From: Tubiluchus corallicola
Taxonomy: Eukaryota; Animalia; Priapulida
Assembly (NCBI GenBank): GCA_030141605.1
Contig: JAQGDQ010000406.1
Span: 1 to 64,000, forward strand
DNA: 64,000 bases
Direction of reading: 5' to 3'
Part shown: positions 53,001 through 64,000 of the stretch, one piece after another
How positions within the stretch are numbered: position 1 is the first letter of the stretch
How the letters are laid out: every line of letters starts with the position of its first letter
Made by a program: the position numbers and the translations under genes
Notes under the pieces: model-generated
Databases searched by the model: none
What the model was told of the DNA's origin: nothing
What the model saw: the letters and a program-made list of their open reading frames with translations, nothing else

Positions 53001-54800
53001 CATATTCATGGACAAGTGCATCAGAGATACAAACCCACGACCAAACCAGCAAGTCCTCGCATACGCGGACGACGTGGCGGTGATGGTGGACACCATACAA
53101 GAACTCCAGGGTGTGGCCAGTTCATGGTTATCAACAATGAATAATAATGGAATGAGCATAAACACGGCAAAGGGAAAGACTGAGTTCATGCACATAAGCC
53201 GTAGAAGAGAGGAATTTGATGTGTATATGGAAGACAGGAAGCTGCACCAGACAAATTCCTATAAATACCTTGGGGTGGTTGTGGATGAAGGAAATATTCA
53301 GGAAACGGAGTTGAGTGCGAGGATTGAGAAATATACAAGAAATTTTATGATGATGTATCCCCTATTGAAAGAGAAGTGCATACCCAAGCAAGTCAAGACA
53401 ACTATATATAACACAATATTGAAACCAATACTAACATATGGAGCTGAATGTTGGTCACTTACAACGAAGACATCCTCAAGACTACAGGCAGCGGAAATGA
53501 AAGTTCTTCGGACTATAAGGGGTGTAACAAGGATAGACAGACTCAGAAGTGAACAGATAAGGTCAGACCTCTCAGTGAAACCACTCTTGAGAGAGATTGA
53601 GGAGAGCAAGTTGAGGTGGTATGGGCATATTAAGCGGATGGACGACACGAGATTGGCAAAGAAATATCTTGAATGGAAGCCGCAAGGCAAAAGACCAGTG
53701 GGAAGGCCCCGGAAGAGATGACTTGATGGAGTTGAAGAGGCGCTTGCGAGGAGAAGAATCCGACTGGTGGATGTGGAGGAGGAGAAGACGTATGAAGACA
53801 GAGACACCTGGAGAGACGTTATCAAGTGTTCGCCAGCTGACAGATGAAAATCTACCAGGAGGATGGTGAGAAAGGAAGGTGAGAAATGAATTACACATGA
53901 TAACAATCCTACTTAAAGATGTCAGGCTTCACGTAAAATCAGGCAATACTATATGAAGAACTTTCAAAACTAACGTTGGCATTCCTCAAGATGGCTGCCT
54001 CAGCCCCGTGCTTTTTACGTTGTACCTAGCCATGCACTTCAAAACGAAGATGTTTTACCTACAGATCATGATTACGATGCCACTTCCATAAAAAATCTAC
54101 CTTTCCATGTGACTGATCACTTATTCCGCACCAGATTCCTACAAGCCATTCCTAACAAACCAACAATATGCTGATGACATTGGGTGGATTAGTCTTTCAA
54201 AATTCAATACAGATACTGTTAAAAAGAGAATGCCCAAAATTACAAGAAAAAAGAAAATGAAGGTTAACAACATAACAACTGAAGAATATAACATATCACA
54301 AGATGGAGATCAATCCTGGAAACGTTGCAAATACATGGGATCACTACTTAACACAGAAGATGACATGAAAAACAGAAAACAACAGGCAATGTATGGTTTT
54401 ATCCAAAATAAATCTAACCAGCAAGAAACTAGCCCTCACAACAAGGCTGTGACTCTTTAATGCATAAGTAACTAGTATCATCATGTACAACAGTGAAATG
54501 TGGGCCTTAACTCCAACTGAGGAAGCAGATATAAATATATTTCACAGAGGCTTACTCATGAGCAGCTGCATAACATAACCAAAGAAGAACATTGGAGCAC
54601 AAAAATCAGAATCAGAAGGCTAAGATGGGTAGGACATTTAATGTGACTGCCAGAAACAACACCAGTAAACTTAGCACTAATCGAGGCACTGAAACCTACG
54701 AAACGACCTCCAGGCAAATCAAAAACAACTTGACTATCAAGAATTAATAAAGATTTACAACAGCTGGAACCAAACCTAACAAGAACATCACAGGAATTGA
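50050..54800 (+). pseudogene. Old degenerate RTE-like LINE split by a younger RTE insertion
   Basis: DMSKAFNTVD...PDELH | MITILLKD reads through across the TSD, followed by GIPQDGCLSP, YADD and LRWVGH. Confidence 0.8.
50727..53885 (+). mobile_element. Near full-length RTE-clade LINE (APE+RT) with few inactivating lesions
   Basis: 11-bp TSD ATGAATTACAC (50716-50726 and 53886-53896). APE motifs GLSETR, QVYAP, GDFN; RT motifs FIDMEKAFD, GVRQGDGLSP, YADD; stops at 52681 and 53719; short GGTGAGAA tail repeats. Confidence 0.95.
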
Positions 54801-54806
54801 AAATTA

Positions 54807-55265
<459 letters not shown>

Positions 55266-56013
55266 TATATAGGTACACAAGGGCCTGTCTAAGTCACGAA
55301 AGGTGTAAAACTAACAAACTAGCTGAAACAAACGAGGACTACAACAATTCTTGCGTCTACGTCTGCTTCACCATATACATACAGTATTACTTGAGCAAAG
55401 AGCAGCTTTGGGGCATCATAAACAGACAATAAAAAATGTACTTGTTGTTTACTGTGCCACGCTCAGATAAAGCGCCAGGCAAGAATAACAGTCATAAAAT
55501 TGCTGTATATATCTCTCTGTTGGTTACATATTGGTGTTTCCTAAAATTTTATTGATTGAACTATAGAAGTGCTGGCAACTTTGACATTCAGCTGGTTTTT
55601 CTTCTGGAAACACCCATCATAAATTTAGTAGTCTGCTGATGATGGTACAGTGCAATAGAAATCTATATACAATTACCAGGTATCAAAAACGTAAAACATC
55701 TGCAAATATCTTATGATATAAATAAAAAATATATTTAACAGAACAACAGACGTATTTTAAATAACTAGAGTTTTTAATGAACAATTAATGTTTTTTTAAC
55801 AATTGCAGAATCTGAATATCTCTATATTAGTGTGCTCATACGCTAATTACAATTTTTTGCATTTTTAAATGTGTAACGCAAGCAAAAATGTTGAGGATTT
55901 GTTTCTGACAGAAAGTTTACATTTCAAGTAGAATTAATAACACTATATTAACAAGTGACTCTTAAATATCTATATAATTTTATATATTTACAAAATTTAC
56001 AGCTTACACTGAC

Positions 56014-56085
56014 CTTTTCTAACTGATTGGCTACACTTCTCCTTTCAGCTTCTAATTCCTTTGTTAACTGTTCAAACTGGGCTTC
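56014..56085 (-). CDS. CTNND2: delta-catenin N-terminal coiled-coil exon
   Basis: EAQFEQLTKELEAERRSVANQLEK, similar to [22 protein letters not shown]; cag and gtcagt splice sites. Confidence 0.93.
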
Positions 56086-56759
56086 CTGCAAACAACAAGC
56101 TAAATATTATTAGGAAACCTTCAAAGGCCAATCCACACAAAGTACATTACCAAAATAAATGAAGCCATATGACAACTTGCTAAATGCAAGTTTAATAAGT
56201 GCTGTTATATAATAAATATAATATACAAGATGATTCTTAATAATCAAATAAGCAAGAATTGTTTATGTCTATTTATTGCTTGTCTTGAGTAATTTTCTGG
56301 TAATCTTCTCAACTAAATCGTAACAATATAAATCAAGAGATTAAGCAAAACATTTTAAATGAGCACACTCACACTCTTACTCCACTCCAAACAAAACACG
56401 GTTAGGGATGTTCACACAAGCAGCCAGAATACGAACTGGTAAGACATGCAATATGAATCATATGACCAATGGAAATTGATTCAGTATCTAAATAGGTATC
56501 TACATGTATACTGATTACCAATAGTTACTATCTACATATGTAGCAGGCCAAAGCAGCGGTTTAGACTTAAAATAAAATTTTCAAATTTTTACCTTATATC
56601 AAAATTGACAAATATTTTAGTAACAAAAATTTCATTGTAATTTTACCATTCTGCCTACTGAATGCCACTCTAGTAAACTGTTCCTTTCCTAAGTTGCAGC
56701 AAAATTGAGATTTGGAAAAAATAATTCAAATGCAGCACTTTAATTTATTTACTGTCAAA

Positions 56760-57419
56760 AGCACAACAAAAAATTTTGCGTATAAATACACTTGAAATCA
56801 ACGATGCGCAAACATCTACCTAGTGTTCCTTTATTTAGCTAAAGCAAAGCCAGCAGCAGCTTTTACTGAATTAAAGTTATAAGTTTTCCCAGCAAATATA
56901 GGCCGAAATGGAACCTCCAATTAACTCGACACAGCTTCTCACGGTGGAAGTGTCCTAAAATGCAGCCCGCATTATCCTGTAGCCCTGTTCTTATTCTTTC
57001 TAAAGAGCCATATATGCGTTTGCGTTATAAATGAGGACTATGTAGGATATTTGAGTATTTTTGATTATAACTGTATTTATATGCAAAACTTTTTGTGGGG
57101 CCTTTGCTAGTCTGTATAAGTAATTTCGGTGGTATGTTATGTATATATAACTTATACCTCGTATTTCTAGAGGTCTGGAATGGGCCTCGAGTTGTCCTGG
57201 TAATGGTTGAATAGCCCATTCATCGATGGGTGTAATAGTCATATTATGCACCCCCTCGGCCCATTCCCGTTTTACAAATAAGAGGTATAAGTTTGCAAAA
57301 AACGGCAGAAAAATGGCCAATTTTGAAGGTTTTTCGGCCCTCGTTCGTCCCGGTGGGCCCGATTCGAAAAAACCCCAATGGCACGACACTAGATCGAGAC
57401 CTTTCGTTTTCCATTTCCA

Positions 57420-57474
<55 letters not shown>

Positions 57475-57479
57475 TATAT
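56760..57479. mobile_element. Rearranged Helitron family fragments (copy D)
   Basis: Minus-orientation pieces at 56760-57000 and 57250-57479 flank a plus-orientation 3' end GCAAAACTTTTTGTGGGGCCTTTGCTAG|T (CTAG 57107-57110). Confidence 0.7.
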
Positions 57480-58646
57480 TGTGATGATCGGTTATACCAC
57501 CCATCATTGTCGCAACACCTATTCTGATATTTCTTTCGTATGACGTTGTGTGTGCATAATTAATGATCTAATAACCTTATTGATTTATTGCACTGTTTAT
57601 TTAAACCTATATAACACTGCATGTTTTTGCAAGATTTTGACACTAGATGGCTCTGGCCGCTCATTTCTCTATTTACCTGTAATTACGTTACCTGAAAATT
57701 CGAATACCAAATGGCTTCAACCTGTTTTAGGATCTTACTACAGAGGTACAGAGTTCGTGTTTTACATTTAGATACGTTCTGACTGTCAAAGTTACAGGGT
57801 AATGGAGTTTTGCTGGTTAGTCCACTCCCTGAGGTTATTTTATATGGCTGAACACCAAGTTTGGTGTGAACCTGTCTTTAATGGCACTCGTATGCAGTGA
57901 GATGATTTATGACAAAGACAATGGTTTTGTCTGCTTTTGTTTATTCGTTGTTTGGACGACACTGGCTTGACATGCTTAGAGACACGTACTTAGTAATCAT
58001 ATTTCCACCTGCAGAGCAGGACTCATATTCTCCCTGGATAGTAGCGAAAGACCAGTCGAGGGCCACATGATCGAAGTTCTACGTGGACTAATGACCTGTC
58101 TGTTTGTCTGAACTGAAGGTTCTGTTTGTCACTCTACAAAGGGACGAAATCTGGCTCTATTATGTGGAGTCTGAGGCAGCCAGGCACGAGTTCAATCCTG
58201 AGGCAACCAGGCACGAGTTCAACTGCTGGCTTGCTGAAGCTGCTTCAAAGCATGGTCTGTACGGAGGCTGGATTGGTGACCATTGGCAAAGAGTTGCTGG
58301 TGAGTATGTGGCTGACTAGTGAAGATGAAAAGCCGATGTGGCATGATTGGAGACTGGAGGGCGTGGTTACTAGATCCAAAAGCCTGACGAGAGACAGAAG
58401 CGTAGCAGGTCAACGTTACTTTGGGAGGAATTGGGTATCATTGGAAATTGTTATCAAGTTAATTTTGCTATAGTCCTTTTACTGATTAAATTCGAAATCT
58501 AAATATTAGCTCTCAGTTATGTTTTGGTTCTGATTAAATAATTTACACATGCACAAAAGTGTTTCACCAGTGACACGGATTCACGTAGCCTACACAAATA
58601 AATGATTATCCTACAAATTTGGCATATAAAAGTGACGGAAATGCTC

Positions 58647-58890
58647 GAGAACCCTAAACACAGCACTCTGATTTCCTACCGTCCTGACTTGATTATTACA
58701 CGGCGTCACAGAGAACCCTAAACACAGTTGATTTCCTAACGTCCTGACTTGATTATTACACGGCGTCACAGAGAACCCTAAACACAGTTGATTTCCTAAC
58801 GTCCTGACTTGATTATTACACGGCGTCACAGAGAACCCTAAACACAGTTGATTTCCTAACGTCCTGACTTGATTATTACACGGCGTCACA
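58647..58890. repeat. 60-bp tandem repeat (3 identical copies plus 1 variant)
   Basis: 58711-58770, 58771-58830 and 58831-58890 are identical; 58647-58710 is a 64-bp variant. Confidence 0.95.
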
Positions 58891-59008
<118 letters not shown>

Positions 59009-59239
59009 TATAAAACATAGCACCGAAATTAATATATACGATTAAAACAGTCCCTTTACAAGTCTGTGGCTGTAATCCGGATACATCAATAATGCCATTG
59101 TGTAAAAAGAAAAACTAGGACACGTGTTAGTACAGCCTGATTTACGGTTTTATGCGCTTCCTATTAGTTTAATGTTCAAGCATTTATTTGTACTACACTG
59201 GGAAACAAAATTGTAATGGTGTTAACTTGCAAGTAGACT

Positions 59240-59550
59240 TAGTTTTGTACTCTGCTGAAAGCTGGAGTAGTGCTCCTCTTACTAAACTAGAGAATTTACA
59301 TAGAAAAGCATTAAAAATTGCGTTAGGTACTAATCAGAATACTATTAACAAGATGACATATATTGAAAGTGATAGCAAGCCACTTTCGGGAAAAGTTAGA
59401 TCACAGCAGCTTACTTATTGGTTAAAGATCAGTAAATATTGCCGTAATAACCCTGATAGTCATATCAGTAGACTTTTAAACATTGCTCTTAGAGAACGCA
59501 TCAAATACGTTAAACATTACGAGAACAATGAGTTTCGAACAACGAGGCTC
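59240..59550 (+). pseudogene. LINE ORF2 C-terminal fragment
   Basis: LYSAESW...LENLHRKALKIALG...TINKMTYIE resembles post-RT regions of non-LTR elements. Confidence 0.55.
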
Positions 59551-59560
59551 AGACGACATA

Positions 59561-61186
59561 TCTATACTCTTATATTAATATTCTTGGTATATATATATAT
59601 TTATTTATTTATATATAAGATTCGAGGCTACTGCCCAGACGAGGCCACCATTTGCGGCGATCTATATATCAAACGAAAGGTCTCGATCTAGTGTCGTGCC
59701 ATTGATGGTTTATTTTTCGAATTGGGCCCACCGGAAGGAAGGGGAGGCGAAAAACCGCCAAAAATGGCCCTTTTTCGGCCGTTTTTTGCAAAAGTTAAAC
59801 GGCTGAGATGTAGAGAACGGGAATGGGCCGAGGAGGGTACTGGGTATGGATAGATAGCCAGTTCAGCGGTGGGTGTAGTAGGCATATTTAGAATTCCCGA
59901 GAGGGCCAGGGCGCCCCGCAACGGGCGTTTTCCCGGACGCAACGGAAATTTTGACCAAACAGCCTGCGGGAAAAACGTTCTAGCGGCGCCCAGTGGGACT
60001 CTAGGAAGGAGATATGGGCTCATCAGAAAGAGGAAGAACGGGGCTACACGATGATGTAAGGTTATATTTTAGGGCAGGTCCACCGAGAGGAGTATTGACG
60101 AGTTAATTAGATGTTCTATTTTTCGCAATTTTCGCTTAGAAAACTGCTGACGCAAAACCATTGTTCTGACGACATCCATTGTTCTCTGTCTATAATCTTA
60201 TAGCTTTAATTCAGCAAAAAGCTGCTACAGGCAAAGTAAACAAACAGTAGGCAGGACGTTACGGGCTTTGTGTTATAAATGAGGACTAGGTAGGATGTTC
60301 GCGTATTATTGATTACACGTGGTTTTTTATGCAAAATCTTTTGCTATTTATTATATTATAGCACATAGTTTCAACTTTGTGAAAAATGTTTGGAATGGTT
60401 TTGTTGTAATGCTGTGCTGTTGGTGCTTGTGCTATAGGTGTCGTCATCATTGCCACCACCATCATCATCATCATCATCAACATCATGATCACCACGTGAG
60501 GTGGTGGATTTGATGTGGTGTGGTGGTGGTGTGCTTTGTGTGTTGTGCTATGGATGGTGTGGTGGGGTGATAGGGTGTGTGGGGTGTGGTGTGGGTAGTG
60601 TGGTATGGAGTGGGTGGCGTGGTGTGTGGGTGGGTGGGTGTTGTGGTGCAGTGTGGTGTTATGGTGTGGTGTGGTGCAGTGCAGTGTGATGTGGTGGAGT
60701 ATTATGGTGTGGGTGGTGTGGTGTGGTGTGTGGGTGGTGCGGTGTGGTGCAGTGGTATGGTGTGGTGCAGTGGTGTGATGTGGTGGAGTCGTATGGTGTG
60801 GGTGGTGTGGTGTGGTGTGTGGGTGGTGCGGTGTGCTGCAGTGGTATGGTGTGGTGCAGTGTGGTGTGATGTGGTGGAGTGATATGGTGTGGGTGGTGTG
60901 GTGTGTAGGTGGGTGGGTGGTGTGGTGCAGTGTGGTGCTGTGCGGTGATGTGGTGGAGTATTATGGTGTGGGTGGTGTGGTGTGGTGTGTGGGTGGTGCA
61001 GTGGTATGGTGTGGTGTGATGTGGTGGAGTGGTATGGTGTGGGTGGTGTGGTGTGTAGGTGGTATGGTGTGGTGCGGTGCAGTGTGGTGGTATTGTGTGG
61101 TGCAGTGTGGTGCGATGAGGTGGAGTGGTGTGGTGTGGGTTGTGTGTTGATTTGTGCACAAAATTCTTTTTGTGGGGTTTGGCTAG
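59561..61186 (+). mobile_element. Composite Helitron copy E
   Basis: A|TCTATACTCTTATATT start, family body to about 60344, then unrelated and repetitive DNA, then the hairpin CACAAA-TTCTT-TTTGTG and GGGTTTGGCTAG|T. Confidence 0.7.
60500..61150. repeat. GT-rich (GTGTG/GGTG) degenerate tandem repeat
   Basis: Directly visible; longer GATGTGGTGGAGT-anchored periods recur. Confidence 0.9.
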
Positions 61187-63309
61187 TTCTAAATGATTAT
61201 TCTTGACAATAAGCGCAGCCGTCAGCTGACAAGCACTGGTGTTAAATGCACCCTACCTTTGAATACTAGATTTCTGAGTTGCAGTGTGCCTGTGCTAAAG
61301 TATTCCTATTATTTCAAGGATTAAGTTTGTGTTTTTGACATCAACACAAATACAAAATTAGCACATTAAAAGAAACAAAAAGTTTCCAATAATGTTTTCA
61401 ATGGTTAACAAACAATAAGATACATAATAAGAAGCAAATTTTGAAAAACAAAAATGATTAGCCACCCGCTTAAATGATTTTTTATTTATTTATATACCAT
61501 TTACTCGTATGTTGTTGCAGGGCATTAAAGAAGCCAAACTTGTAAAAATGCCCTGACTGGGAAATTTTGAGTAATAGGCCTATATACAATTGAATAAAAA
61601 AAATGAGTGAGACTTTAATGATGATGGGTGAAAGTTGACAACATGATGAAATGAAAATAAAGAGACAATTATACAAAAATAGTAAAGTTATTGTCAATAA
61701 GAATATACATTTGTTCAAGATAATTCATCTTAGTTCATCTCAAGATAGTTCGCAGGGCTTTGCAAATTCAAACATTGCGCCTTTTCATTTCTTCATTGTA
61801 TAATGTTTTTATTATCTGTTTCAATGCTTGTCATTAAGAACTATCGCCATGATATCTATGCTATTTATGCCATTTACCAATGCTAAGAAATTCTGTTACG
61901 AATGACTATATGACAATGTAGCATATTTACAGCTTTAAAAATTTACTTTGAGTAAAAAGTAACAAAACCTAACCTTGCTGACCATTTTCTTATGTCCATG
62001 CACTAAAGGGTTTATTCTGACTTTTAAATGTGAGATTCCTTGACAAAAAATATTGCCATGCAGTTAATAGTTGCGTACTGAGGTAACAGATGCCATTTAC
62101 AGAACATCTCATGGGTATCGTATTCGTCATACTTCCTACACTCGTACCAACTCTGAATTTCGTTGCAACAAGCAATGAAAGGAAGCTCTGGAAAGTGACA
62201 AACTGGTCTACCCATAGTACGCTTAATGCACACAGCTCGTACTTATACAAAGGGTTATCTGTTTATCCTTATTTTGTATTGTGGCATTTTTACACTATGT
62301 AAAAAGGCCGTATAATAATTACTATAAAGTTATTTAGTATATATCACTATTACCAATGTGTTTAAGTACGTTCGGCTTTAAAAAGGATATTATTTTAGCA
62401 ATGGTTAGTTGTCTGGCGCTCATTTTGTTTCTTGCTTGTTAAACTACATCAGTCTCTTTGTAATTCTTTTGGGAGAGGAGTAGCTACTAGCAGTTTTTTT
62501 TTACATTTAACAAGGGTAAACAAAATAATGCTGATCATAACAATAGATTAATCGTTTCATCAGCAGATTTTATAAATATTTTTATGAATTCTCAACATGC
62601 ACAATATTTTCAGATTCAGCGTAATCAAACTGATAAGCCTGGGAAGATTGCTAACTTTTAGAAAAACTGTCTGATAACTTTATAAAAGTACCGTTTCAGG
62701 ATTTTCTTCTAATTCACGTGTCACTCAGTTGAGACACTCACAAAATCACAAAAATGAGCTCCATTGACTTAAATACTGTTAGCCACAGAAGCTGAAACAC
62801 TAAGTAAATGATTTAATGAGGAAAAAATGAAAGGAAAGAAAAACATTAAACATCGTAATATCTGAAGTACCAAGCGCTTCAGTGTACAACGCACTACAAC
62901 TCACCTAAATTAAGAAACAAATAACTGGTTTATCAGTTGAACAAACCAAATATTATCACAAAATAATAAATGTTATAACATGAAAATTAAGTAAGTAAAC
63001 CAACGAATCAAACGTTACAATACATAAAAAGTCTACAGCCAACAAATAAGCAGCTACACTCAGACACGATGCTGGAATCTACAGGTTTATAAAGAACTAG
63101 CTGATCAAACAAGAAATCATGTTATAAATGTAAGACGTGTGCAGCAGTCACGGAGCAAAGTACAATGTGATATCACTTAATGCTGATATATAATAATGCT
63201 CTACATCAAATGTTATTACAGCTTACTCTTCGTAATGAATAACCAGTATTTCTATCAACAAACTTTTGTAAATGTATCAACAACAGAAAATACAAATTAC
63301 ACATATTTC

Positions 63310-64000
63310 TGCATAAGCTTTAGGCCCCATAATATAAACAAGCAGATAAATCGTCACTCTACAGAAACGGACCTTACTAAAATTCAGTCAGATATTTTGT
63401 TAAAAATTGACAATCAACACATTGTTTTGCTTGACTAAGTGCTGCTTTTCACACTGTAAATCATTCAATTTTGTTGAAAGCTTTGAATAAGAAGTTTGGT
63501 ATAAACAGCAATGTTTTGGCATGGTTCCATGCAGATTACAAAAAATTCAGATTAATGATATCTTTTCTGATACCACTCAATTGGACTATGGTGCTATCTA
63601 AAGTTTGTGTCTCGGACTTTTACACTTCACAGTCTACAGTCTACATGAACTCCTTATTCAGAATGATAAATGAACATCTTCCTGATATGCATGCCTTTGC
63701 AGATGACTGTCAGTTATACTTATTCATTTGTCAATCTACTAACATGTCTGACAGGGATGGTCTGATTACTATGCCAAAATTGTACTGAAGACGTTAGAAA
63801 GTGGATGTGTACCTTTCAGTTAAAAATCAACGATGCTACAGTGGAATTTATCTTAATTGGCTTTAAACATCAGCTTTCAAAGATTGATGTTTTCTGCATA
63901 ATCAAGTCTTCAAAATATGTCAAACTGATTTAGTTTGTATCAACTTGACAACATAAGGCAATTGCATAAATGTCTAAAGCAATCTGCTACAAAATGTCAT
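63310..64000 (+). pseudogene. Degenerate L2-like LINE RT fragment
   Basis: HSTETDLTKIQSDILL, LLD*SAAFHTVNHSIL, FGINSNVLAWF and AFADDCQLY motifs. Confidence 0.8.

Noticed and set aside
51507-53906. Minus-strand ORFs up to 202 aa
   Set aside because: Antisense shadows of the RTE coding sequence.
58647-58890. CRISPR-like array
   Set aside because: The units are contiguous and identical with no unique spacers; the context is eukaryotic and there are no cas genes.
60319-61206. His/Thr/Pro-rich and Val/Trp/Cys/Gly-rich ORFs
   Set aside because: Translations of (CAT)n and the GT-rich tandem repeat.

Overview
AT-rich, intron-rich genomic DNA from an animal, most likely an invertebrate bilaterian; it is not prokaryotic. 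Two genes lie tail-to-tail. On the + strand are the last 7 coding exons of a calpain-15/SOL gene (2567-12796). On the - strand is almost all of a p120/delta-catenin (CTNND2-like) armadillo gene: 17 phase-consistent exons from 56085 down to a DSWV stop at 22067, with no N-terminal start exon found here. Between the genes is a dead Ty3/Gypsy element carrying a nested RTE LINE. The introns hold RTE, CR1 and L2 LINEs, a non-autonomous Helitron family (about 5 copies), hAT, Tc1-pogo-like, Kolobok-like and Harbinger-like TIR elements, and tandem repeats. Best leads: (1) a candidate stop-containing cassette exon that swaps the catenin PDZ ligand DSWV for DCIV; (2) a double snap-back (templated hairpin) 5' junction of an RTE insertion; (3) a multi-stem RNA at the exact 5' end of a near-full-length RTE; (4) a Helitron head-to-tail dimer and a composite end-bypass Helitron; (5) an hAT derivative whose transposase motifs resemble non-animal families; (6) a GC-AG intron and a candidate recursive splice site. 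All homology calls come from motif recognition by eye; no searches were run. No clear wholly new multi-gene system is visible.
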